A DNA stretch of 25,825 nucleotides, taken from the IMG/VR virus record IMGVR_UViG_3300035670_001139, positions 1-25,825 of that record. One strand, given 5' to 3'. This document shows positions 1 to 8,778 of this stretch, piece after piece. A program made the translations under genes and the position numbers. Position 1 is the stretch's first letter; each line of letters begins with the position of its first letter. The DNA comes from a virus (lineage: Duplodnaviria > Caudoviricetes). The notes below the pieces were generated by a model. That model saw only the letters and a list, made by a program, of their open reading frames with translations, was not told the DNA's origin and searched no databases.

Positions 1-88
1 TTTCAATCGTACTAGCATCTTTAGTCTCCACGACGTACACGAGCCAGACCAGTAGAGCTACAGCCAGTTCCCTCTTGTACGTCTTCAT
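1..88 (-). CDS. Small membrane protein of the lysis cassette (holin or spanin candidate), truncated at window edge
   Basis: Not in the ORF track. ATG at 88-86, 1 nt after the lysozyme TAG, reads MKTYKRELAVALLVWLVYVVETKDASTIE... and stays open to the edge; basic N-terminus followed by a hydrophobic helix. Confidence 0.6.
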   Translation of the reverse strand, partial: MKTYKRELAVALLVWLVYVVETKDASTIE

Positions 89-89
89 A

Positions 90-512
90 CTACGATAGGA
101 AAAGCTTACGCTCTTCTTCCCTACGCTTCGTGAGACCTTTGAGAGCCACACCCTTCTGTTTATTCCAACGAAGGAACTGATTGGCTGCACCCTCGTAGTC
201 ACCAGCGTTAAGGAGACGTAGGAGAGTGCTATTGGCGAAGCCACCCTCCCCAATGTTGAACACAAGGGACGACAAAGCATCGAACTGGTTCTGCGTAAGG
301 GGAACGACAACAAGCTTGTTAACAGCCTTCTCGACCCAAGTGATGTCTTTACGCAGGAGTGACTCAGCCTGACCCGCAGTGATCTTCATACCCTGTTTTG
401 TCGTATGGGTGTGACCGTAGCCAATGGTCCATACGTCGTTAGGGGTCGGCATGTAGGCTTCCAGACGGAGACCCTCATGCTTCTTAATGATGTCGATGTT
501 ATGAACCTTCAT
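90..512 (-). CDS. Endolysin, GH24 (T4/P21-like) lysozyme
   Basis: Motifs IKKHEGLRLEAY...WTIGYGHT, LTQNQFDALSSLVFNIG, STLLRLLN, GLTKRREEE. Start moved to ATG 512 (MKVHNID) behind AAGGGTG, which removes the overlap with the upstream gene. Confidence 0.95.
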   Translation of the reverse strand: MKVHNIDIIKKHEGLRLEAYMPTPNDVWTIGYGHTHTTKQGMKITAGQAESLLRKDITWVEKAVNKLVVVPLTQNQFDALSSLVFNIGEGGFANSTLLRLLNAGDYEGAANQFLRWNKQKGVALKGLTKRREEERKLFLS

Positions 513-537
513 GTACTTCTCACCCTTACCGAAGAGA

Positions 538-732
538 TTACTGACCCAAGCCACCACGGATAATCCACCCTACTGCTGCCATTACGAAACCACCACCGAC
601 GATCCAGAGAATCTTAGCTAGGTTGTCGTTAATGCTCGTTACGTTCTTGTCGATCTGGTCCATTTTCTGCTCAAGGAGAGCCAAACGCTTATCCATCTCT
701 GCTATTTCCTTTTGAATGGCTTCTCCGTCCAT
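538..732 (-). CDS. Holin-like / XhlA-like membrane protein
   Basis: 64 aa: N-terminal coiled coil plus one C-terminal TM helix (ILWIVGGGFVMAAVGWII); directly upstream of the lysozyme; AGGGG RBS. Confidence 0.65.
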   Translation of the reverse strand: MDGEAIQKEIAEMDKRLALLEQKMDQIDKNVTSINDNLAKILWIVGGGFVMAAVGWIIRGGLGQ

Positions 733-780
733 TTCATTCCCCTATGTATTAAGCGTTAGCGCAGGCGCAGCCGAGTACTC

Positions 781-3456
781 TTAGGCAGAGCCAAGTCTAC
801 GAGCCGAACCGTTCTTACGGATCACGTAAACATCACCATTGACGACAACAGTGTCTCCCGGTTCAAGTTCCCCACGTTCCTGTGCTGCAACGAACTCAGC
901 CTCAGTCTCATAAGACTTATCAGGGTCACCAGCGATCTCCTGAATGAATGCCTGTACGTCTTTGTCGACAGCGATAGCAGGGCTAAGCTCACTTGCTCCT
1001 TGGGTTCCCGTAGGGGTTTCAGCCGGGATAGCTTCGGGGAGAGTAGCGTCAGCAACAACAACTTCACCCGTCGTTACAGGGGCTGCAGGAGCGCCACCAG
1101 AGGGCATAGTCATGGGTGCGCCAGAGGTAGGTGCCACGGCTCTCTGAGTAGCCTCTCCTGCGCGGCTAGCGACAGCATTAGCATCAGAGGGACGACCAAC
1201 GGTAGGCGGAATAGTTCTGGTGTTGTTGTACTTGTCCAGCCAAAGGTTAGCGAACTCACCTGCAGTCATGTCGGCATTACCACCGTTAAGACGTACAGCC
1301 TCAGCCCCGACGATATCAACAGCCTTAGCGGTAGGGTTGCTCAAGAGCCTACTAGCCCCTGTGCCGCCTTGTTGGTGCGCGAGGTAGAGTTCAGCCCCCG
1401 TAGGTTCACGACCCAAAGCTGCAGTCAGCTTACGTTTGTTGTCGACAGCCAGATCAACTGCACCATCGGTGGCCTGAACGGGGTCGAACCTATCCTTAAC
1501 GCCGTACTGCTTAGCTGTTCCGTCGATGAACTGGAAGAGACCACCTGCCGACGACTTAGGGTTCTTAGCGTTAGGGTTGCCTTTGGACTCAATGAATGCA
1601 GTACGCTCAAGATACCCCTGCGGCAAACCGTTCTCAGCCTCAAGGGTAGAGAAGTCCAAGCCCAGGGCGTCCCCAATGTTATTCGAAAGGGTGTCGTCCC
1701 CTGCACTACCTTTAACTACGTCTTGCCCAGCGCCACCAGAAGGCACCTCAGCGCGAAGGATATCCATAGTGGACTGACCAACAGCACCCAGACGACCAAG
1801 GACAGTCATCTTGTAGTTAATGTCGTCAATGATAGCCTTGTTCTCTTCGGTGAACGTACGAAGCTTATCACCGGGAGTAATGGGACGACGAGCAACACCA
1901 ACGGTAGCCCCTTGGAGAGGTGCTGCTTGATCCGTAGCGGAGATAACAACCTGACCATTCTCGCTGATACTGATGTTCACACCGTTAGGTGCTGCAGCAT
2001 CACGCAGGTTACCAAGGTCGAGCATAATGTCCGACGACATAAAGCTTGAGGTCTCGGTAGCAAAGTTAGTATCGGTTGCAGAACGACGTACGATAGACTC
2101 AGCAGGAACTTCAAAGTTCTGACGCCATGCAGCACGGTTCCAACGGGTAGGCCCTTCGGTACGCTGCAGTTCACGGTGAGACTTGAAGGCACCGCCTAGT
2201 GCGACAGAAATCTCAATGTCCTTCTGATCCTGCGTAACTTCCTCGTAAGTACGAGCGAGGGTAGACTGACCCGACATGACAGCGACAAGCTCAGTGAAGG
2301 CATAACGCGCATCAATGAGGTCTTTCTTTGAGGCTTCTTGGAGAGCACGGTTGGCTTCCTCAAGGCGACCAGCCATAAGTTCTTCATTGAATTTACCTAC
2401 GGGACCAGATAGGGACGCCATAAGCTGAGCAGATAGGGCGGGGTTGGCTCCAGAGAGTTTAGCGAAGGTAGAGAGATACTGAACGGGAACACCAGCCTGA
2501 GCCATAGCGGTGTAGCCTTCACCCTCAAGACGCTTCTGGATCGTAGCTGGGTCGACCTCGTTGGTAGCCCAAGTAACGGTGGTGTCGTAGGTATTGAAAA
2601 CAGTCTTGGCCCAATCGTCAGGAGCGACACCAAGATTGTTAGCATCAATGCCAGTTTTCGCAGAGATATCCTTACGGAACTTGTTCTCAAGAGCACCACG
2701 GGCAATATTGGCGACAGAAAGAATGTTACGCTGGTTAACAACGGTACCACGGAGTTCAGGGATAAGCTGGGTGATACCTGTGTCGTCAAGATTGAAGGAA
2801 GCCGTAGGGTCGGCAGCGATAGCAAGGGTAAGTTCGTTCACACCCCGAGCGAAGATATCTGCCTCAGTCTTGGCCGACGTAGTATTGGTCTTCCAAGCAT
2901 CTGCCGACAAAGTAGCGTAAGCGCCTTGAGTCTCCACCTCACGTTTAATACGGGCATTCTCAGCACTTGTCGTCACCCACAAGGCCCGCTGTTGAGCGAT
3001 GAATGCTGCACCCTCTTCCTCATTGGTAAACTCTTGTGCTTTAGCGTTAGCGTAAACACCCTCAGGAGAAGTCAACCAAGATTGTTCGATAGAGTTCTGA
3101 ACACTCTGTGATGCCGTCAAAGAACTCTCGTAAGCCGACAACTCTTCGTTGATACCAGCTTTAGCTGCACTAAAGACTTCTTGACCAAACTCAGGGTATG
3201 CCTTAGCAAACTGGCGAAGCTCACCCATAGTTGCTTGGGCAGGGTTCCAATCAGGTTTACTGACAATCTCACGGAACTCACTTACACGAGCACCAAAGAG
3301 TTCGTTCTGAGTAGCCGCACGTTGCTGAGTTGGAGCAGAAAGGAACAAGCTAGAGAGGCTAGCAAGACCTTCCGCCACAGGAGCACCACCCTGTCCCTGA
3401 GGGATGATGGGGTCCATAGGGTTAACTTCTTGTTGAACAGGCGAAAAGATAGCCAT
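781..3456 (-). CDS. Internal virion (ejection) protein with SLT-type lytic transglycosylase domain
   Basis: 891 aa; SLT motifs AFIESKGNPNAKN, SAGGLFQFIDGTAKQYG, FDPVQATDGA, ELYLAHQQG in the C-terminal third; last of the ejection-protein genes; AAGGA RBS. Confidence 0.85.
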   Translation of the reverse strand: MAIFSPVQQEVNPMDPIIPQGQGGAPVAEGLASLSSLFLSAPTQQRAATQNELFGARVSEFREIVSKPDWNPAQATMGELRQFAKAYPEFGQEVFSAAKAGINEELSAYESSLTASQSVQNSIEQSWLTSPEGVYANAKAQEFTNEEEGAAFIAQQRALWVTTSAENARIKREVETQGAYATLSADAWKTNTTSAKTEADIFARGVNELTLAIAADPTASFNLDDTGITQLIPELRGTVVNQRNILSVANIARGALENKFRKDISAKTGIDANNLGVAPDDWAKTVFNTYDTTVTWATNEVDPATIQKRLEGEGYTAMAQAGVPVQYLSTFAKLSGANPALSAQLMASLSGPVGKFNEELMAGRLEEANRALQEASKKDLIDARYAFTELVAVMSGQSTLARTYEEVTQDQKDIEISVALGGAFKSHRELQRTEGPTRWNRAAWRQNFEVPAESIVRRSATDTNFATETSSFMSSDIMLDLGNLRDAAAPNGVNISISENGQVVISATDQAAPLQGATVGVARRPITPGDKLRTFTEENKAIIDDINYKMTVLGRLGAVGQSTMDILRAEVPSGGAGQDVVKGSAGDDTLSNNIGDALGLDFSTLEAENGLPQGYLERTAFIESKGNPNAKNPKSSAGGLFQFIDGTAKQYGVKDRFDPVQATDGAVDLAVDNKRKLTAALGREPTGAELYLAHQQGGTGASRLLSNPTAKAVDIVGAEAVRLNGGNADMTAGEFANLWLDKYNNTRTIPPTVGRPSDANAVASRAGEATQRAVAPTSGAPMTMPSGGAPAAPVTTGEVVVADATLPEAIPAETPTGTQGASELSPAIAVDKDVQAFIQEIAGDPDKSYETEAEFVAAQERGELEPGDTVVVNGDVYVIRKNGSARRLGSA

Positions 3457-3474
3457 CTATAGTGTCCTTGTCAG

Positions 3475-6400
3475 TTATTCAGCAAAGCCGGACTCACTAC
3501 GAAGAGCCTGCAGCATCAGATCATCAGTAATGGGAGAGCCTTTGGGGGTGAAGACTAGTCGGTTAACTCGGACTTGCTCAGCCGGAGACATCGACGAATA
3601 CTTCATAGCGATAATTTTAGCATAGTTTTGAGCTTCTGTAAAGTCCCCTCTACGGTAAGCCTCAGCGTAGCTGTTTAGAGCACGTTGGATACCTGACGCA
3701 GATTGTTTGTCGAAGAACTTGTCGTAGCCCTTGAAGGTGTTGAACTTCCAAGCCTCTTCGATACGCTCCACGGGAACACCAAAGGCGACGAAGATAGACT
3801 CAGTTGGGTCGTCAATACGGTCAAGGAAGGCGTTATCTCTCGTAAGGACTTCACCATACTTGAAAGCAGTGTAGGCGTTATAGGCTTGGTTAGCCGACGA
3901 GAACATACGGGCAAAGCGTAGGAGGTCATCTTTAGTGGGGTTAGTAACCTCAGCACCAGAGAAGGCACCTGCAAGGTTCTTAAGCACTGAGAAGCCTGTG
4001 GTAGTAGCCTGCCAGCCAACCTCAATGGACGGACCACCCAAGAACTCAATAAGGTTCTTCTCCGCTGCGTCCTGCATAAGCATAAAGATACCGTCGCTGT
4101 TGCTCAGGCGGGACGACAAAGAAGACTCAACACCAGTAAGTTCAGTCAGAAGGGTGTCGACCAAGCCCTTACGAAGAGCACGGTAGACATCAGGGTCCAT
4201 TTCGGTACCCATGTAGTGGCGATAGGCGTCCATAGCGAAGCCAACGGCACCCCAAGCAGAGGCACCGAAGAGAGCCGTATGGGTCACTGCCAGACGATAA
4301 CGTTCAGCATCCGTGAGAACCTTACGCCCCTTGCCACCGAAGGTACCCGAGAAGATAGCTTCGTTAACACGGAACATGTAGGACATAAACTGTGTCGTCG
4401 GGAGTTTTTCAACTGGGGTACGAGAAGCACCCGTCATACCTTGCGTAAGGATATCCTGACGGTTAGTGATCCAACGACGACCAGCTTGGCTGTTAGGAAT
4501 AGCACCGGGGAACTTCTGCAGATACTCAATGTAGGCGGTCGAGTAAGCAGAGATACGAGCGATAAGTTCGCCTTCGTTAAAGAAGAGACGACCAGCACTA
4601 CGTACAGCCCCTACGCCTTCACCGACAGCACCCATGATGCGAGAAGCTTGGTCAGCGTCAGAGCCAAACTCAGCGAGGCTAACACCTACGGTACCCCGTC
4701 CGCTGCTCCTGAACATGTCAACCATCTCGAAGAACTGGTCAGCATTCAGACCCGAGATAGGCTGCAGCAAGTCACCTACACGACGGATAACCGCTTCATT
4801 GCCGTTAGCGATAGCAAAGCGTACGGGACCGTAGAGGGCGACACCCTTAACACCTGACATGCCACCGACAGCCATGATGTTGAAGGCTTGAGAACCCTGA
4901 ACGTAATACTGCGCTGGGTTGAACATACCCAACTTTGCGTCGAACACGAAACCACGGAGAGCCGTAAGGGGGTTGTTAGCGTGGATATCAGCGACAAAAT
5001 CAGCAGATTTAAGGAACCCTTTACCGTAGAGGAAGTCCGAGACGTTACGCATGGTGGATTCCCAAGCAGAATCACCCCAGCCAGTCTGATCCATACGGAA
5101 GAGAATCTTCTTCTGCTCAAGAGCCAGCTTACGACCAATGCTTGTCGTCGTGCTAATCTGGGCCGTACGGAGTTTCTGCTTAAGAGAAAGGTTCTTAAGA
5201 TCAGCCGTGTTGGCCAGAACGTTCTGTTCGATAGCAGACTTAAGGAAACCATTGATCGACGCAGACATGTAGGCACGTTCACTCTGGGCTGCTACACCAC
5301 GAGCGAGAGAGCTTTCGATAGCTGCACGAGAACCATAGGTCCGATTGGTAATACCACCGTAACCCATCACGAGTTTGTCCCTACGAGCACGAGGGTTCAT
5401 AATGGTCATGTCGATAGCTTGGCTGTAGCGCATACCACCATAGCCAGAGATAGACGAGTCGATAAGAGCCTCACCATCACTAACGAAGTCAAACTTAGTA
5501 CGGAGATCGACACCAGCTTCGTCGGCCCAATCAAGGAACTTGGTTACATCATATGCGTCGGTAAACCACTTAGAGTTAGCCGCGATCACATTGTTAGTGT
5601 CTACGTCATTCACTAGAGAACGAGCAGCAAGGCGGAAGTCATCAGCGGTAGCAAAGTTGCCAGTGATCTTAGCTTTGATTGCGTCGATAACGTTATTGAT
5701 CTGGGTCTTAGCTGCCAGAGCCTGAGCTTCCGTACGGACACCCATCACAGTAAGAGGCGACACCTTCACTTCGGTACCGTCTGCGAAACGTTTGGTACGC
5801 TCTTGCTTGACGTAGTATTGAATGTCGAACTTACGGTAGTCACGAGGACCACCAGCGTTACGTACGAGAACGTCAGAGTGGTACAGACGACGAGTGACTA
5901 CATTCTTCCCGGTCTTGTACAGAACGTCCCCATTGAAGGCTTGGTGCGACGGGTCGTAGTTACGGTACACGACAGTACCCTGAGGCAACTGCGCGGGGTC
6001 GACAAGAGATTGGCTGTCTTCGTCCCAGATACGAGCGTTAGCAGGAACGTCTTCTGCCTTTGTCGGAACCATACGGTGACCCGAAGTATTGTCGACGACA
6101 ACCCCATCTGCTACTTGACGTTTGAACAGACCGTCAGCCTTGAACATTGCGTCGACATCAAGAGCTTCTTGGTAACGAAGGTACATGGCCTTCTGGGCGT
6201 CGGTAGCAGGCTTCTTGTATTTCGACAGAAACTCTACTTCAAACTCTTTCTCACTCAAGGCAGTCCGACGAGTAGCCAAAGAGCCATCACGGAGTTCGTC
6301 GAAGATACCGAAGACTTCACGCTGTTCACCACGGCTGTTGAACTTACGTACCTCGTCAAGGTTGCCCTGAATGGTAACCCGCCAGACCTCACGAGCAGAC

Positions 6401-7995
6401 TCACCTTCCTTAAGGATAGCGTTCAGACGAGGGGTGGTCTGAGCCAAAGGGGAGCCTAGGTATTCGACAAGAAGACCTTCGCCAAGATCATCAACCTCAG
6501 TCGACGTATAGAGTTGGAGGTTCGACAGATTAAGGTCTCGGGAATCGACAGGGATGTTGTTCGTCTTGAGGACACGCCAAGAGTTAGGAATGTCACCGGG
6601 AACAACTTCACCACCCAACTGATCCGCAAGGTTCTGTGCGGCAGTACGTCCGTTCCTACCACGGAAGAAATCACCCTTCTGAGTACCGTAGAATTGCTGG
6701 AAGTAAAGGTTCTCTGTGTCGTCCTTCACAAGGTCAGCGTCAAGGAACCGGGTGTTACCTGCATCAACAGCATCCTGACGTGCAGATGCCACAAGCTTAC
6801 TCTTGAAGGTAGTCAGGGTTGCGTCGTCAATAGCCCCACCAGATAGGCTCGTGTAACGTAGTGCTGAACGGAAAGCTTGGCTCTCAAGCTCAAAACCCTT
6901 GACTGCAGCGGCAGAGGTGTGCGACCACAGTTCAGCACGAGATGTGGTAGGCACCGTGAAGGATGGGCTTACGTGGTTACCGTAAACGACAGAAGGGTTA
7001 ACAGGGTTGTCGATAATACGAACTTCCGACAGAATCTTGTTGACCTGAGCCGGGTCGTTAGTCTTAAAGCCAACCAGACGTGCAGCATCAGTGGCAATAC
7101 TCTGGGCTACACCGAGAGCACCACGACCAAGGACACCAGAGGTAAGGGCAGTTGTCGTTGCCAGAGCCTTAGCCTGACGGACAGTGGTAGCCCCTTTGAA
7201 TGCAGCACCACCAGCAGCCGTAAGAGTGTCCAGAGCACCAAACAACTCTTGGGTCTTAGCGATGCTGCTTTCGGAACCTGCGGCTGCGACAGCAAGGGCG
7301 TCTTGAAGGTAGAAACGGTTCTCTTCCGTAAACAAACCTTGGTCAGACATTTCCGTAAGCAAGTTATTCATCTGCAGTTCGAAGTCTGCGTCGTCCATGT
7401 TAGCGTATTGAAGTTCAGCGTATTTGTCTGCGTACTCTTTGTTCTTTTGAGCCACGAACAAGTTCTGAGGTGACGACACAAAGAAGTCTATGAAGTCAAA
7501 GTTGGTGTAGAAGCTTTCGTCGGAAGCACTAGCAATACGCTTCTGAACGATGTCATTTGTCTGCAGTACACGTTTGATTCTACGGACAGAGTAATCGCGT
7601 AGAAGAGGGTCTTGAGACGAGAGCATCGCAACGACAGACGGAGGTACAAAACGACGAATAGACTCAATGCTTTGGAGTTCTTCCTGCAGAGCCGTAATCT
7701 GCCCTTGAGTATCTTCCTCAGGGTTAGCGATAGCTTGGACGACAATAGCCTGTTTGTTCGATTCAGTCTTAGCATCAGCAGTCTGGTCTAGAGCTACTGT
7801 TGCTTGGCTTTCCACCATAGGACGAATAGCCTCTACTTCTGTGTCGAAGAGAGAACTAAAGAGATAGGTTTCAGCCCGCTTTTGCTTCTCGGACTTGATG
7901 GTCGTAAAGTTGAGGGGAGGGCCAAACTCTTTAGGCTTCTCCACGCTGGTTTCAGGCTGAGGACCAAACTCTTTAGGTGTCGTCGTGATTGCCAT
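3475..7995 (-). CDS. Large internal virion (ejection) protein, T7 gp15/gp16-like position
   Basis: About 1506 aa if started at ATG 7995 (MAITTTPKEF), 4 nt after the upstream stop; large helical-looking protein with Gly/Ala-rich hydrophobic patches; synteny. Confidence 0.7.
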   Translation of the reverse strand: MAITTTPKEFGPQPETSVEKPKEFGPPLNFTTIKSEKQKRAETYLFSSLFDTEVEAIRPMVESQATVALDQTADAKTESNKQAIVVQAIANPEEDTQGQITALQEELQSIESIRRFVPPSVVAMLSSQDPLLRDYSVRRIKRVLQTNDIVQKRIASASDESFYTNFDFIDFFVSSPQNLFVAQKNKEYADKYAELQYANMDDADFELQMNNLLTEMSDQGLFTEENRFYLQDALAVAAAGSESSIAKTQELFGALDTLTAAGGAAFKGATTVRQAKALATTTALTSGVLGRGALGVAQSIATDAARLVGFKTNDPAQVNKILSEVRIIDNPVNPSVVYGNHVSPSFTVPTTSRAELWSHTSAAAVKGFELESQAFRSALRYTSLSGGAIDDATLTTFKSKLVASARQDAVDAGNTRFLDADLVKDDTENLYFQQFYGTQKGDFFRGRNGRTAAQNLADQLGGEVVPGDIPNSWRVLKTNNIPVDSRDLNLSNLQLYTSTEVDDLGEGLLVEYLGSPLAQTTPRLNAILKEGESAREVWRVTIQGNLDEVRKFNSRGEQREVFGIFDELRDGSLATRRTALSEKEFEVEFLSKYKKPATDAQKAMYLRYQEALDVDAMFKADGLFKRQVADGVVVDNTSGHRMVPTKAEDVPANARIWDEDSQSLVDPAQLPQGTVVYRNYDPSHQAFNGDVLYKTGKNVVTRRLYHSDVLVRNAGGPRDYRKFDIQYYVKQERTKRFADGTEVKVSPLTVMGVRTEAQALAAKTQINNVIDAIKAKITGNFATADDFRLAARSLVNDVDTNNVIAANSKWFTDAYDVTKFLDWADEAGVDLRTKFDFVSDGEALIDSSISGYGGMRYSQAIDMTIMNPRARRDKLVMGYGGITNRTYGSRAAIESSLARGVAAQSERAYMSASINGFLKSAIEQNVLANTADLKNLSLKQKLRTAQISTTTSIGRKLALEQKKILFRMDQTGWGDSAWESTMRNVSDFLYGKGFLKSADFVADIHANNPLTALRGFVFDAKLGMFNPAQYYVQGSQAFNIMAVGGMSGVKGVALYGPVRFAIANGNEAVIRRVGDLLQPISGLNADQFFEMVDMFRSSGRGTVGVSLAEFGSDADQASRIMGAVGEGVGAVRSAGRLFFNEGELIARISAYSTAYIEYLQKFPGAIPNSQAGRRWITNRQDILTQGMTGASRTPVEKLPTTQFMSYMFRVNEAIFSGTFGGKGRKVLTDAERYRLAVTHTALFGASAWGAVGFAMDAYRHYMGTEMDPDVYRALRKGLVDTLLTELTGVESSLSSRLSNSDGIFMLMQDAAEKNLIEFLGGPSIEVGWQATTTGFSVLKNLAGAFSGAEVTNPTKDDLLRFARMFSSANQAYNAYTAFKYGEVLTRDNAFLDRIDDPTESIFVAFGVPVERIEEAWKFNTFKGYDKFFDKQSASGIQRALNSYAEAYRRGDFTEAQNYAKIIAMKYSSMSPAEQVRVNRLVFTPKGSPITDDLMLQALRSESGFAE

Positions 7996-7999
7996 TGTA

Positions 8000-8470
8000 T
8001 TAGCCAAACATTTTCTGGAGACGAGCAGGGCCGTTGAATGCTTGGAAGACGTTACCACCAATTTGAGCAACAGAGCCAAACATACTAGCCTGCTGGTTAA
8101 ACTGAGACGCCCGAATACCAAGGTCCGTAATGTTTGACGACAAACCAGAGAGTTGAGTACCGAACCCTAGGTTAGAGCCTACCTGAGAGCCAATGGAGGC
8201 TATTCCGCCACCAGACACAGAGGAGCCAGCAACACCAGCAGCTTGTGCTGTGGCAAGACCTTGAGAGCGTCTAATCTGCCCTTCGCGGATAGCTGAACGC
8301 TGCTCTCTTTTGTAGACAATCTCTTGTTGTTTTTGCTGTTCTTTTGCAATCTCAATTTGAGTGTCAGCGGCTCTCTGAGAGGCTTTAGCTGCCTTCTTAG
8401 TTCCGACGATAGCTGCACCCGCCCCTGCCACTGAGGCAACTGCACCGATAACTGCTGCGACTGGACCCAT
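8000..8470 (-). CDS. Small internal virion protein, T7 gp14-like
   Basis: Hydrophobic Ala/Gly N-terminus (MGPVAAVIGAVASVAGAGAAIVG), Gln/Ala coiled coil, AAAGVAGSS motif; GAGGT RBS; position after the gp13-like gene. Confidence 0.75.
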   Translation of the reverse strand: MGPVAAVIGAVASVAGAGAAIVGTKKAAKASQRAADTQIEIAKEQQKQQEIVYKREQRSAIREGQIRRSQGLATAQAAGVAGSSVSGGGIASIGSQVGSNLGFGTQLSGLSSNITDLGIRASQFNQQASMFGSVAQIGGNVFQAFNGPARLQKMFG

Positions 8471-8472
8471 TT

Positions 8473-8778
8473 CTATACCTCGTATCTGTAGACGCTAAGG
8501 TCGTCTTGTTTGGCTACATACTTAAACTTTAGGCCATGCAGTAGCCGTTTGATCTTGATGTTGTCGGTTGGAACTGCAGCCCAGAGGTGAGAGTGTCCCA
8601 TAGCTCTTAGAAAGGCCGACCAATCTTCCAACTGAATTAGCATATCTTGAAAGACTTCTTTAGTGAATTTGTCGATATCTCTGAGGTGGACAATCACAAA
8701 GTCTTCGTTGTACTCAAGCCTAATTATATACCCGTCAGCCTGAATGATAAGGTCTTTAGAACCTCTGGTTGACTGCAT
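8473..8778 (-). CDS. Tail assembly protein, T7 gp13-like / degenerate GNAT fold
   Basis: 101 aa between nozzle and gp14-like gene; C-terminal VPTDNIKIKRLLHGLKFK resembles the GNAT V..N......L...GF segment. Confidence 0.55.
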   Translation of the reverse strand: MQSTRGSKDLIIQADGYIIRLEYNEDFVIVHLRDIDKFTKEVFQDMLIQLEDWSAFLRAMGHSHLWAAVPTDNIKIKRLLHGLKFKYVAKQDDLSVYRYEV

